Shown here: piece by piece, positions 9,337 to 19,616 of the stretch
How the letters are laid out: every line of letters starts with the position of its first letter
How positions within the stretch are numbered: position 1 is the stretch's first letter
Source: a virus
Lineage: Duplodnaviria; Caudoviricetes
Length of the DNA stretch: 56,781 bases
IMG/VR virus record: IMGVR_UViG_3300030380_000823
Span: 1 to 56,781 of that record
Reading direction: 5' to 3' (one strand)
Translations under genes and position numbers: made by a program
The notes under the pieces: generated by a model
Database searches by the model: none
The model's input: the letters and a program-made list of their open reading frames with translations, nothing else
What the model was told of the DNA's origin: nothing

Positions 9337-12300
9337 ATGGCAACAGTAGCGCAGGCTAGAAAAGCCATAGAGGTGTTAGAAGCTCGCGGCGATATAGCCG
9401 GAGCCGCTGCTATCCGAAGGGATCTGAGTGCTGCCGGACTATCTGCTAGCGCCACGGACTTTGAAGCGCAGGTTGCCGCAGAACGTCAGCAAAGGCTTGA
9501 GCAAGAAGAACTCCGACGCCAAGAAGACTTAGAACGTCGCATCGAACTGGCTGAACTCGAACGCGGGTCACTCGCCAGAGGCATAGACATCGGCACCGAT
9601 ATTATAGGGCAGGCCACAGGCTCTACTCTTGAAGGCGCTGGTAAGTTGTTTGGTTTAGCAGGACTTGAACAATACGGTGCTGAAGTCGCCCTTGAGAACG
9701 AAGCGGACGCACAGCGCAAAGCACGGTTTCAAACCAGATTCGATGATATTGGCGGTATCGGAGATTTTGGGTCTTATCTTGGCGGTATTGCCGCAGAAAG
9801 CGCCCCACAGATGGGGGCAACCCTTGCTGGTGGTGTAACAGGCGCGAAGATTGGTGCGGCCCTTGGCCCAGTAGGTGCGGGTATTGGCGCATTGGTGGGC
9901 GGTGCAGCCGCCAGCTTACCATTCTTCTACGGTATGAACCGCGAGCGGCAAAAAGAAGCCATAGATAAAGGGTTAAGAACTGAAGTAGACGAAGGTGCAG
10001 CAGCGTTAACTGCCATCCCACAAGCCACGCTTGACGCCATCCTTGGGCGTTTGTTCGTCGGTAAGCTCGGCCTTACTAACCGCGCAGTAGGTGGCGGCGG
10101 TATATTTACCCGTGGCGTTAAAGGGACTGCGGCTGGTGCCATAATAGAAGCACCTACAGAACTGGGGCAGCAAGTCCTAGAACGCGCACAAGCTGGGCTA
10201 CCTTTAACCAGCGAAGACGCTATTGCAGAGTATCGTGAAGCAGCTATAGCTGGTGGTCTGTTAGGTGGTTCTATACGAGGTACCGCTACCGTAGCTGGCG
10301 GTGATGTTGCCGCTAGAGAAGACGCACAGAAGGCAAAAGAAGAAAGAGACGCTGCCGCCAGACGCGCCGAAATAGAAGCCACACTAGCTGAAGAAGCCGC
10401 CGTTGAAGCAGAGGCAGCAGAGCGACAGGCAGAAGTAGAACGTCGCATACGTGGAGGCGAACCCCAACCTGATACCGTTGCAAGGCCCGCACCCCCTGCC
10501 GTAGAGGCCACGACGGAAGAAGCGGTAGACGAAGTAACAGAGGAAGGCGCACCTCCTGTCGTAGATGCCGAAGCAAAAGACGCTGCCGCCGTTGTATCCG
10601 AAACTGTAATCGAGCGCGAGGGTCAGCCGCCTGAGACAACCACGCAGACGCGGGAACAGTTTGAAGCCGCTGTTGATGAAGCTCAACAAAAGGCCGATGC
10701 CGCGCCAACCGTCCTAACCGCAAAGTTCTTCGATGACATAGGATTCGGTAAAGCAGCGAAGATACGTAAAGAACTTGAGGGCAAAGATCTTACAAATCCC
10801 GATACCCGAGACGCCCTAAGAAGAGCCGCCGCCAAGAATCGCAGCAAAAAGAAGCTAGAAATACAGGCTAATCTGGAAGAGGCATTCAAGGAACAAGAGG
10901 TAGTAGATGACCAGCAACGTGATATATCTGCCAGTACCGAAGGAAAATCTGTCGCAGCAAGAGGTAGAAAAAGCTATGCAGCTAATCTATCAGGCATGGA
11001 AGTCGATGCAGGACGTGCGAATACCGTGGAATCTGGCCCATCTGTCGGAGGAGCAGTGGCAGATGTTGGAGGAGACACTGGACGACCTGTTGTTGGAGAA
11101 GGAGGAGAGTCAGATACACTAACAGAACAAGATACAGAAGCTCTAGCAGATGAACTTACTACGCTACTAGCCGTAGAAAACAAAAGTCCCGAGCAGGAAG
11201 CTAGGCTTTCGCAGTTAATGTCTTTGGCTAGAGCAGAATTTGCGCGGCGTCAGAAACCACCTGAAGGTATGCGAGAAGCAAGTTTAGAGCTTGAAGAAGG
11301 AGCAGCTACAGAAGAGCAGGCGGCAATAGACGCAGAGACAGAAGCAGAAGCCGCAGAGCTTAGTGAAGCTATAACAAACCTACAGGAAGCGCAGAAGAAG
11401 ATTGAAGGTGGTAAGTCCAAAACTACACCTGTACGTATAGCCAAATCAATAGCTGATCCTGACAACGTAAGAATGCAACAGATACGCCAGTTCCATGCGG
11501 ACAGAGTGGCAGAGGCAAAAGAATACGGTGAGAAGCTCCCTACACTAGCGCAGTCATCAGACGAGTTCACAGCACTAGAAACCCTAAACCCGAACGTACG
11601 TAGAGTAGAAGGTACACGTTACTCTGCCACAGAGGGAGATCGTGGCTATAAACTGTCAAGGCAGCTTGAGAAAGGCTACCGCACGGAACAAGAACTAGTC
11701 GCTGAACGTGATAGCCTCCTCATGGAAACGGCTGGAAAGTCTTTAGTTGATGCTATGGAGTATTTAGCAAAGAGCGTTAACAGCCCATTTGAGAAGCTGC
11801 TAGCAAATAACATAGTAAAGCTAATAAAGCGTATGGAAAACGCCGGGTTCAGCTTTGACTATAAGATTGTAGACATAAAAGGAAATATCCAGCCTAAAGG
11901 ACTTCGGGGGCTGACTACTGTGTCCAAGGACAATAACGTCGTAGTTTCGCTTGCTGCTACGGATGACGCTTTATCGGCGGATAATGGTGTTAATCACCAA
12001 ACTTTATTGCATGAAGGTGTCCACGCAGTAACTTTAGCTGCAACTACTGCCGTAAGGAGAGGACTACTGCCGGACGGCTTGAAGCTGAAACAAGACGTTA
12101 AAGACCTATTCGATCTGTTCGACGGAATAATTAGCTACTTTAATTCTCAGATAGCCGAGCTAGACGCGGGCAGGATTAGCGAGGAAGAGCTGCACCCAGT
12201 CATATCGACTTACTATAGACGCAACGAAGCTACCTCACCTAACTTCCTTAACAATGCTGACGAGTTGCTTGCATGGGGGCTGACAGACAGCGAGATGCAA

Positions 12301-15300
12301 GATTTTCTCGATACTGTTCCCTACAACATGCGAACTGGTGAAGTAGGAGTAGAAGGTAAAGGTACAGTAACGCTGTGGGAAGCCCTCGTAAACGCACTAC
12401 GTAAGCTGTTAGACCTGCCACCTAAGGACAACACCGCCCTGAACGAACTGCTGCGCGTGCAGAATAACTTGCTTGCGCCAGAAGAAGGTGCCTTAACCGC
12501 CTTAGCGAACAGATACGGGGCTGGCACGGCGGCATCTAGGGAGCGAAACCCTGCTCTGGTTAGTAGGCCAGAAAAGATGGCGTCTGAGATCTTAAATGGT
12601 GGCCTAAAAAGTGTACCCATACTGGATTCCAAGGGCGTACAGCGAGTGCGAGACGTTGTTTCTGACGCTTCCTTGCCGGAAAAAGCTAAATCGTTTGCGC
12701 TGGGTATTCTTAGTCTCAACGGCCTAGAAATGGTCGCTAAGAAATACATACCTAAGATCGGCAAGGTCAGGGATCTAGTGCTGAAAGAAGGTGGGCGGCT
12801 ACAGGAACTTAAACGTCCTGTGGATGCAACGATTAGCAAGATCTCTGCCTTCGCCAAAAACAACAAAGAGAAGGTAGACATACTCAACAGGCTCATGCCG
12901 TACAGCTCTCTAATCGGCGTAGATCCATCCAAGGACAGGAAAACGTACGAGGAAGATGCTGATAAGCTAGCCGAATACGATGCCATGCACGCTAAGGATG
13001 GCGATTGGACTGCATTAGGGGAAGACGGGCAGAGAATCTACAGGGTTGTCCGCAACACGTACAAAAAGCTGTACGACGAGATAGCTAATGTAATAAAGAT
13101 ACGTCTGGAAGCTACAGACCTAGACCCAAAGAAACGTAAGAACGTATACGACGAACTGATTAACAAGTTATACAAAAACGTAACGATTGACCCGTATTTC
13201 CCTCTTATACGTGAAGGTAAATATCGCCTGCAATACAACGCCACTGATCCGAAGACAGGGCAAGCAGAGTTCTTTACAGAGTCGTTTGAAACCAAACGCG
13301 AACGCCGAGAAGCTATAGAAGAACTAAATGCTATGGCGGGCGAGATACAACTGAAAAACGTGCTCTCGTTTGAAGGGACGGAAAAAGTAAACTACAGCAA
13401 CGCCCCTGCTGGGTCGTTCGTAAACAATGTGCTTGGCGTGTTAAGCGCCAACAAAGTAGAAGCTGGCGTACAAGACGAGATCATAAAACTGTTTCTGGAC
13501 ACACTGCCAGAACGCTCGTTTGCACAGTCGTTTAGACGGCGCGAAGGTTTCCGTGGCTTCATAGGTGACCCAGCAAATCTTCGGGAAGCTAAGTACCCCA
13601 ATCACGATATGGTGCGGGCACTGCGAATACGAACCGCGTCTGTAACACGGCAGATCGTACGTATGGAGTTCGGCGCAGAGCTGCAAAAGGTTCAAGAAGA
13701 ACTTAACGAAGACTTCAAGGCGTACAATAACAACCCGAACGTATCAGAAAACGACAAGCAAGCCGCTGCTCAGTACCTAGCAGAAGTCGAAAAACGTATA
13801 GCCTTCGCTAAGAACCCCGACGTAGAAGACTGGGCCAAGAACCTGACTACGTTCGGCTTTGCTATGACACTAGGTATTAACTTGTCATCCGTGTTAGTCA
13901 ACTTCTCTCAGATACCTATGGTCATAGCGCCGCACTTAGCCAGCACTAGGGGTGACGACGGCGAATACTTCGGTTACAGCGATACGCTCAGTGCTATGGG
14001 TGAAGCGGTAAGGCTATTCAAAAACGCGGGTAGAAGCGACGAGAACATCAAATACCTGCCGTTTATCAAGCAACGTGAAGCTCCAGTAGAAGCGATTGGG
14101 CCAGATGGTACAGAACAGGTTATGGTTCCTTCCGCCCCATCCATAGATAACTATGACTACAACGCTGAAGGTATACCGCCAGAGGTCAAAGAGTTTGAGA
14201 TGCTGGCTAAGGTGGCAGAGGAGACAGGCCAGCTAAACAGATCCATCATGTATGACACGTTGGACATGGAAGAGATTGACAGCATACGAGGAAAGATCGG
14301 GGCGGTCTCCGGGTTCATGTTCCATCATGGCGAACGTATGACACGTCAGGTGGCTCTTGCTGCGGCGTACCGCCTAAAAGTGGACTCCATGAAGCGTGCC
14401 AAAAACAACTTGTCCAAGGCAGATTTCAAGGCTTTGTCTGCTGAAGAGAAAGCTAACCTCAAGTTGAGCGAAGCTGAGTACCGCGAAGCCGCTGAGTTCG
14501 CTGTCTATGAGGTGGAACTTACTAACGGTGGCACCGCTGCCGCTTCTGCACCGAGACTCGCTCAACAAGGGATAGGTAAGGTTGCGTTTCTGTACAAGCG
14601 ATACGGCGTGCAGATGATGGAGCTTTTATACAAGCTAGGTGCGGAGTCAATCAGAGGCACACCAGCGGAAAAGGCACAGGCCCGTAGGCAAATGGCAGGT
14701 GTATTCGGCGGTGCGGCGTTGGTTGCTGGCGCACAAGGTCTGCCAATGTACGGCGTGGCTGCTATGGTGTACGACATGTTCAAGGGCGATGAAGACGAAG
14801 ATCTTGATACTGTAGTTCGTAAGACGATAGGAGAAGAGCTTTTCGGAGGTATGGGTAACGCTGTACTAGGTGTAGACGTTGCGAGTCGTATGGGTCTGTC
14901 TGACCTAGTATTCCGAGACCGACTCATCGAAAAAGATCAGCCATTCTTATTTGACCTAATAGAAATCCTTGGTGGCCCCGTAGTCGGTGTATCAATGCAG
15001 ATGGAACGAGGGTATGACAAAGCAATAAACCAAGGTGAGCTTATGAGGGGTGCGGAAGCTATGTCCCCCGCTGCGCTACGCAATGTTTTGAAAACCTACC
15101 GATTCTACGAAGACGGTGCCAAAACCCAGCGGGGTGATGTCATTGTAGATGATATATCTGCACCTCTGCTCGTCATGCAGCTCTTTGGTTTTGCCCCAGC
15201 GGAGTACACCAGACAACTGGCACAGAATGCTCAACTCAAGAAAATATCTGGTGCGGCTGCTAGGCAGCGTACTCAATTGTTACGTAGGTACTATGCAGCC

Positions 15301-15543
15301 GTAAGAAGTGGAGACACCTCCAAGGCACGAGGCATCCGCGAAGACATGAACGAGTTTAACCGTAAGTTCCCCAGTGTGCGGATTACGCCAGATACGATCA
15401 AACGGTCTATGGCCCAGCACATGAAAACGTCAAGAAAGATGCACTACGGCGTAACTATCGACCCAAGAATGATGAGAGACATGCGACAAAGCGCCGCCGA
15501 GTACGACGATACGCTGACGATATGGGACAACTTAGGGATGTAA
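9337..15543 (+). CDS. Large internal virion / polyvalent protein with zincin HExxH motif
   Basis: 2068 aa; LLHEGVH near nt 12010; hydrophobic Gly-rich N-terminal part; last gene of the late arm. Confidence 0.65.
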   Translation: MATVAQARKAIEVLEARGDIAGAAAIRRDLSAAGLSASATDFEAQVAAERQQRLEQEELRRQEDLERRIELAELERGSLARGIDIGTDIIGQATGSTLEGAGKLFGLAGLEQYGAEVALENEADAQRKARFQTRFDDIGGIGDFGSYLGGIAAESAPQMGATLAGGVTGAKIGAALGPVGAGIGALVGGAAASLPFFYGMNRERQKEAIDKGLRTEVDEGAAALTAIPQATLDAILGRLFVGKLGLTNRAVGGGGIFTRGVKGTAAGAIIEAPTELGQQVLERAQAGLPLTSEDAIAEYREAAIAGGLLGGSIRGTATVAGGDVAAREDAQKAKEERDAAARRAEIEATLAEEAAVEAEAAERQAEVERRIRGGEPQPDTVARPAPPAVEATTEEAVDEVTEEGAPPVVDAEAKDAAAVVSETVIEREGQPPETTTQTREQFEAAVDEAQQKADAAPTVLTAKFFDDIGFGKAAKIRKELEGKDLTNPDTRDALRRAAAKNRSKKKLEIQANLEEAFKEQEVVDDQQRDISASTEGKSVAARGRKSYAANLSGMEVDAGRANTVESGPSVGGAVADVGGDTGRPVVGEGGESDTLTEQDTEALADELTTLLAVENKSPEQEARLSQLMSLARAEFARRQKPPEGMREASLELEEGAATEEQAAIDAETEAEAAELSEAITNLQEAQKKIEGGKSKTTPVRIAKSIADPDNVRMQQIRQFHADRVAEAKEYGEKLPTLAQSSDEFTALETLNPNVRRVEGTRYSATEGDRGYKLSRQLEKGYRTEQELVAERDSLLMETAGKSLVDAMEYLAKSVNSPFEKLLANNIVKLIKRMENAGFSFDYKIVDIKGNIQPKGLRGLTTVSKDNNVVVSLAATDDALSADNGVNHQTLLHEGVHAVTLAATTAVRRGLLPDGLKLKQDVKDLFDLFDGIISYFNSQIAELDAGRISEEELHPVISTYYRRNEATSPNFLNNADELLAWGLTDSEMQDFLDTVPYNMRTGEVGVEGKGTVTLWEALVNALRKLLDLPPKDNTALNELLRVQNNLLAPEEGALTALANRYGAGTAASRERNPALVSRPEKMASEILNGGLKSVPILDSKGVQRVRDVVSDASLPEKAKSFALGILSLNGLEMVAKKYIPKIGKVRDLVLKEGGRLQELKRPVDATISKISAFAKNNKEKVDILNRLMPYSSLIGVDPSKDRKTYEEDADKLAEYDAMHAKDGDWTALGEDGQRIYRVVRNTYKKLYDEIANVIKIRLEATDLDPKKRKNVYDELINKLYKNVTIDPYFPLIREGKYRLQYNATDPKTGQAEFFTESFETKRERREAIEELNAMAGEIQLKNVLSFEGTEKVNYSNAPAGSFVNNVLGVLSANKVEAGVQDEIIKLFLDTLPERSFAQSFRRREGFRGFIGDPANLREAKYPNHDMVRALRIRTASVTRQIVRMEFGAELQKVQEELNEDFKAYNNNPNVSENDKQAAAQYLAEVEKRIAFAKNPDVEDWAKNLTTFGFAMTLGINLSSVLVNFSQIPMVIAPHLASTRGDDGEYFGYSDTLSAMGEAVRLFKNAGRSDENIKYLPFIKQREAPVEAIGPDGTEQVMVPSAPSIDNYDYNAEGIPPEVKEFEMLAKVAEETGQLNRSIMYDTLDMEEIDSIRGKIGAVSGFMFHHGERMTRQVALAAAYRLKVDSMKRAKNNLSKADFKALSAEEKANLKLSEAEYREAAEFAVYEVELTNGGTAAASAPRLAQQGIGKVAFLYKRYGVQMMELLYKLGAESIRGTPAEKAQARRQMAGVFGGAALVAGAQGLPMYGVAAMVYDMFKGDEDEDLDTVVRKTIGEELFGGMGNAVLGVDVASRMGLSDLVFRDRLIEKDQPFLFDLIEILGGPVVGVSMQMERGYDKAINQGELMRGAEAMSPAALRNVLKTYRFYEDGAKTQRGDVIVDDISAPLLVMQLFGFAPAEYTRQLAQNAQLKKISGAAARQRTQLLRRYYAAVRSGDTSKARGIREDMNEFNRKFPSVRITPDTIKRSMAQHMKTSRKMHYGVTIDPRMMRDMRQSAAEYDDTLTIWDNLGM
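10907..11122 (+). CDS. Probable overprinted 71-aa gene in the +1 frame of the large virion gene
   Basis: GAGGT Shine-Dalgarno 5 nt before the ATG; amphipathic helical sequence; the host frame is a low-complexity linker here. Confidence 0.5.
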   Translation: MTSNVIYLPVPKENLSQQEVEKAMQLIYQAWKSMQDVRIPWNLAHLSEEQWQMLEETLDDLLLEKEESQIH

Positions 15544-15585
15544 AAAACCCCTCTACCGCAGGAAGGGGTAGCTACGGTAGAGGGG
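15542..15585 (-). terminator. Rho-independent terminator at the convergence of the two arms
   Basis: Minus strand CCCCTCTACCGTA...TGCGGTAGAGGGG followed by TTTTTT. Confidence 0.75.
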
Positions 15586-15701
15586 CAGGAGAGGATAAGA
15601 CCAAACAGTACGGAGAGACCATGACCTTATCGGAGCGGATCGTACCATATAGGATCACCCTGTCCAATTAGTTCCACGCGGTTCCACACGGTTCCAAAAC
15701 C

Positions 15702-16412
15702 CTATGTGAAGTCGTAATACTCCCTATCCTGCGTCTTCAAAGACCCTTCATTTGGCCTACGTTCTGCTACCGGCACTGAAATAGATATGCGTTTTGTCTT
15801 GGGTATAGCCCTGTGTTTAATCCCTTTCGGTATATACAGCAGGTCGCCTACAGTGAGGTCGAGCGATGTGGAGTCGCCATCATCGTTCTCAAAGCTGTTG
15901 TGGACTTCCCAACTAACGTCCCCTTGAGCATGTACTAAGAAGTTATCGTCATAGTCAATATGGGCACTAAACGTTGAGGCGTTGGACACACCGCTGCAAT
16001 AGAAATGTGCGTCCGCTGCGCCCATATAGTAGCGTTCAATAGCACCCGCAATCATGCTGATCCTCGGTGTCAATAGAGATGCTTTAGTCAAGATCAGAGA
16101 GCCGCCTTGTGTCCAAAGGTCATGTAGGTACTTCTTCTCGTAGTAATCCTTACGGCTCCAGTTGGGTCTGCTCTCGCGTTCGAGGTTGCCCTGTTCCATA
16201 CACAGTTTTCGCCCATCTAGGGTAATCGCCTGCATACCGGCGGTTGCTCTGTCGTTGTTGATGTAGCTGCTGAATTGCTGCCAATCTATGATGTTGTCGA
16301 ACAGTTCTGTTCGAGCCTCGGTTCGAGGAAACACGGCAAAGGCTTTGCCACGATGCTTCTCTTCAAATTCAACGACTGTCATGGGCGCAATCAGGTCTGC
16401 AAAATCTAACAT
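15702..16412 (-). CDS. JmjC/cupin 2OG-Fe(II) oxygenase (RoxA/YcfD-like)
   Basis: FSAHIDYDDNFLVH (HxD) and GDLLYIPKGIKH; start at 16412 (GGAG SD, TAATG coupling). Confidence 0.8.
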   Translation of the reverse strand: MLDFADLIAPMTVVEFEEKHRGKAFAVFPRTEARTELFDNIIDWQQFSSYINNDRATAGMQAITLDGRKLCMEQGNLERESRPNWSRKDYYEKKYLHDLWTQGGSLILTKASLLTPRISMIAGAIERYYMGAADAHFYCSGVSNASTFSAHIDYDDNFLVHAQGDVSWEVHNSFENDDGDSTSLDLTVGDLLYIPKGIKHRAIPKTKRISISVPVAERRPNEGSLKTQDREYYDFT

Positions 16413-16636
16413 TATAGTAATCTCCAAACACGCACACCTGTGTGCGAACCACTTATGACAGCCTTGGCTGTAACGTCCCACCCCATCTCATCTACACAGA
16501 TGCGTTTCACCTGTTGTAAGGCTTTGTTCGTGTTAATGCACGGTATGAATACCGAACTGCCCACCGCCATAGCACCCCAGTCCACCACGATACGTACGCC
16601 ATCAGCGTCTATATCATGTAGCTTCAGCGTTATCAT
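16412..16636 (-). CDS. Small phage protein (M-x-[VL]G[DS]S-x-x family)
   Basis: WGAMAVGSSVFIPC...GVRVWR; similar to 28851..29117. Confidence 0.65.
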   Translation of the reverse strand: MITLKLHDIDADGVRIVVDWGAMAVGSSVFIPCINTNKALQQVKRICVDEMGWDVTAKAVISGSHTGVRVWRLL

Positions 16637-19526
16637 CTGTAGCGCTTTCGTCGCCGCCTGTATCGAACGTCTTGCAGTTGACGATGATTACCCTGCTGGT
16701 GGGTAACTCGAAGTTGGTGCCCTTAGCTAACCGTATGGTTCCCCGTTTACCACCTAACTTCTTAATCATGTCGTCTACAAAGGCGTTGTAATTTATCTGC
16801 TGTGCCGCGCACCAAGCCTTCAAAGGCTTCGGAACTAGGTACGCTTTCTTCGTGTCCGTTTCATACCGAGCCACTAGCTTTCCGCGTGGCAGAGCATCCG
16901 GTATAACGATGCTATCTAGCCCGTTACCAGACCCACTACGTAGGTCGTCGGTGCTTTTAATCATCAGGATATTGTTGTAGTTCTCAGTCAGATAGTCGCT
17001 GACCGTCTGCTCCACTGACACGCCCATGTCCATAACAGACTGCTTGTTAGCCTTGAGCATGTTAATAGTCCACTTAAATAAGCCTTTTATGTCGTAGTCA
17101 ACTAGATCCAGCTTATTGGCAATGTACGCTCCAGCTAGTGTGGTAGCAGCTCCGGCAGACCAGAAACGGTTTTCTGCCGTAAGCCCCGCTGCCTCGTCTA
17201 TCTCTTGCTGGAACTTAAACACCAACGCCTTGACCGACTCCAAGTTTTGCATGACCCACTGGATGTAAATGATCCCAGCGTGCCCATAGTTCTGCTCTAT
17301 AGAAGCATCGAATGCGTCAGTCTTTTTCTTGTCTTCAGTGCTAGAGAACACCCGCTGTGCTTTCCACTCCAGCATACGCTGTGCTTCTGCTTTCGGTTGC
17401 TGTTTCTCAAGAGCAATACGTTCAATCACACTAGCATTACCAGTAGTAACCGACAGGAACTTCCAAGGCTCACCCCTAACACGTTCTAAGTTTGCTCCAC
17501 CTGCCATACGACCACGCTGCTGCCCAGAAGATAGCTGATAGGCTAAGTCACTGAGCTTGTTGCTTTTCTCGTTGGTAAGTTCGTCTACGTAGAAAGGTAG
17601 GTTATGCAATACCTCTGCGCGGTTAAACTTCATAGAGTCGGTGTCGCGCTCCTCGACCATGAGAGCCTTCTCGTAGCCCCATACAGAAGCCGCTACGCGC
17701 ACTGCCGCTGTCTTACCGCACCCACTAATAGAGCTGTGTATATGCAAAGCACAAGAGTTCTGGGGCATAAAAGTCATCAGCGGAGAACCAAAAGCCGTAC
17801 ACACAACGTACTGGTGCATCGTTAGTTCCGGCATAGTGCCGTAAAAATTAGCCATCTTCTTCCACGCTTCTAACGTACCCTTTGGTTTGAAGTACGGAAT
17901 CAGTGCGGCTGTCGGTGTTGACGGAGGGTTATGCCGAATCTCGTCAGCCTGTACTTCCCTTTCCCCAACAATGAATGCTGTGCATGTATCGTCTACCCAA
18001 CCAAACTGCCGGTGCGCCGTGTCCGCCGTAGACGTTGCCTGTAATTCGTTTACCCAAGTAATCATATAGTTCATCAAATCGTCTAGTCGTGGGACAGCTA
18101 CACCTTGCATGGACATGTTCTTGCGAAACTCGTCCCGTGAAGTGACCGCTGTAAGTGGCATTGTAAACTCGCGTACGCCATCTTGCGGTAAGTGTATCCT
18201 ACAGACCACAGATTCACCGGCTTCTACATCCACTAATCTGCGAGTAACGTACAAATCGTTGTGGTACAGCACATGCTCATCCACTTCGCCGTCTACAGTT
18301 ATGTCTCTGATGTACACACCGCCGTTCTGCCCACGAAAATACGGGCGCGGGTAGACTGGTATAACGTGTTGTGTAGAAAGTTCTTGACCAGTATTTTCTG
18401 CAACAAGCGTACCTTCTATTAAATCACCCGACTCACCCGACTCACCCGACTCAATCAGGTAAGTACCGTCCTCGGTAGCTTCTGCTTCTTTGATCTTACG
18501 TCCCAAGATGATGGGTGATTTGACCTTACCCCAGTGAGGGCATTCCGTGCAGATACCGCCCTCGTTCTCATCGAACGTCGTGCAACGGTACGGCCCCTTA
18601 ATCAGATCTAACTTCTTCAGTGTCAGTTCTGGTGTGTACTCAGGGTGCTGGTTTGAAATCTTGTGAGCAGCTTTCTCGCCGTCTTCACAAAACTTAGCGA
18701 TGGACAGCCCTGCCCTCCACATAGGCTCACTTGTTTCGGCCTGACCTTTTATTATGCGGCGTAACTGTTCACAGCCGTTGCCGTTCTGTGCTTTCCGCAG
18801 TATCTCTCTGAAGCTGTAGTTTATGTTTTCCAACAAAGCATCGCGCAGACTAGCTGGCCCGTCCGCACCCGTACGCTTCTGAGGAACCTGTATGGTGTCC
18901 ATACCTAACCGACTGGCGAAGAAGTCAAAGTTAACTGCGTCGGGCTTCTTGTTGACCAGCACTACCGGTGCAGGTACATCCGGCTTATGGTTGTGCGTAC
19001 CCACCACACGTAGCACCCGAGCTACATCTGAAGGCACAGCAGGGTCAATCTCTAGCCCAAATTCTTTGCACTTGGCTTTGAACTGGTCAGCTACGACTTT
19101 CCACTGTTCAACTGGCACGGATTCTTCCAAGACCCAGTAAACGTGTATGCCTCGTCCAGAGTTAACAATAAGAGGTTTTGGTAGCTTGAGCGCAGCGCAG
19201 AACTCTTGCAGTCTACGTATTGCGTCCCTTTGCGTAGCAAACCCCTCACCTTTAGCTACTTTGTCTTCGCCACAATCCAAGTCTAAAAAGAACGACTTGA
19301 TGTGTTTGGCGTCTTCTCCTCTACGAGTACCCTCTTCCTTGAAGTTACTCATAGCAAAGTATATGTCCCAGCCTTCACTGTCGTAGTGTTCGGCGGCTTC
19401 CGCTAGTTCATCAACGGTATGGAAATAGACTTGCTTAATTCCGTTACCGAGAGCGGCGCTATGCCGAAACAGGACATACACACCTTCTGTGGGTAGTACC
19501 CACCGTAAAAATTCTCTTGTATTCAT
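16614..19526 (-). CDS. DNA primase-helicase (AEP/RepB-like primase plus DUF927 helicase)
   Basis: FFLDLDCG, VNSGRGIHVYW and RVLRVVGTHNHK primase motifs; P-loop SGCGKT; YVDELTN; FGW motif of DUF927. Confidence 0.8.
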   Translation of the reverse strand: MNTREFLRWVLPTEGVYVLFRHSAALGNGIKQVYFHTVDELAEAAEHYDSEGWDIYFAMSNFKEEGTRRGEDAKHIKSFFLDLDCGEDKVAKGEGFATQRDAIRRLQEFCAALKLPKPLIVNSGRGIHVYWVLEESVPVEQWKVVADQFKAKCKEFGLEIDPAVPSDVARVLRVVGTHNHKPDVPAPVVLVNKKPDAVNFDFFASRLGMDTIQVPQKRTGADGPASLRDALLENINYSFREILRKAQNGNGCEQLRRIIKGQAETSEPMWRAGLSIAKFCEDGEKAAHKISNQHPEYTPELTLKKLDLIKGPYRCTTFDENEGGICTECPHWGKVKSPIILGRKIKEAEATEDGTYLIESGESGESGDLIEGTLVAENTGQELSTQHVIPVYPRPYFRGQNGGVYIRDITVDGEVDEHVLYHNDLYVTRRLVDVEAGESVVCRIHLPQDGVREFTMPLTAVTSRDEFRKNMSMQGVAVPRLDDLMNYMITWVNELQATSTADTAHRQFGWVDDTCTAFIVGEREVQADEIRHNPPSTPTAALIPYFKPKGTLEAWKKMANFYGTMPELTMHQYVVCTAFGSPLMTFMPQNSCALHIHSSISGCGKTAAVRVAASVWGYEKALMVEERDTDSMKFNRAEVLHNLPFYVDELTNEKSNKLSDLAYQLSSGQQRGRMAGGANLERVRGEPWKFLSVTTGNASVIERIALEKQQPKAEAQRMLEWKAQRVFSSTEDKKKTDAFDASIEQNYGHAGIIYIQWVMQNLESVKALVFKFQQEIDEAAGLTAENRFWSAGAATTLAGAYIANKLDLVDYDIKGLFKWTINMLKANKQSVMDMGVSVEQTVSDYLTENYNNILMIKSTDDLRSGSGNGLDSIVIPDALPRGKLVARYETDTKKAYLVPKPLKAWCAAQQINYNAFVDDMIKKLGGKRGTIRLAKGTNFELPTSRVIIVNCKTFDTGGDESATDDNAEAT

Positions 19527-19616
19527 GGTTGCACCCAATGCCGAGAGACACTATGGCAGGGATGTCGGCGCATCCTTTTCGGCAAAACCTAGCCATAGTG
19601 GAGTGATTGTTAGTGG

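Noticed and set aside
15671-15696. GTTCCACxCG 10-bp tandem (about 2.6 copies)
   Set aside because: Too short to assign a function; lies in the convergent intergenic gap
18423-18449. 9-bp tandem repeat, three copies
   Set aside because: In-frame ESG linker slippage within the primase-helicase
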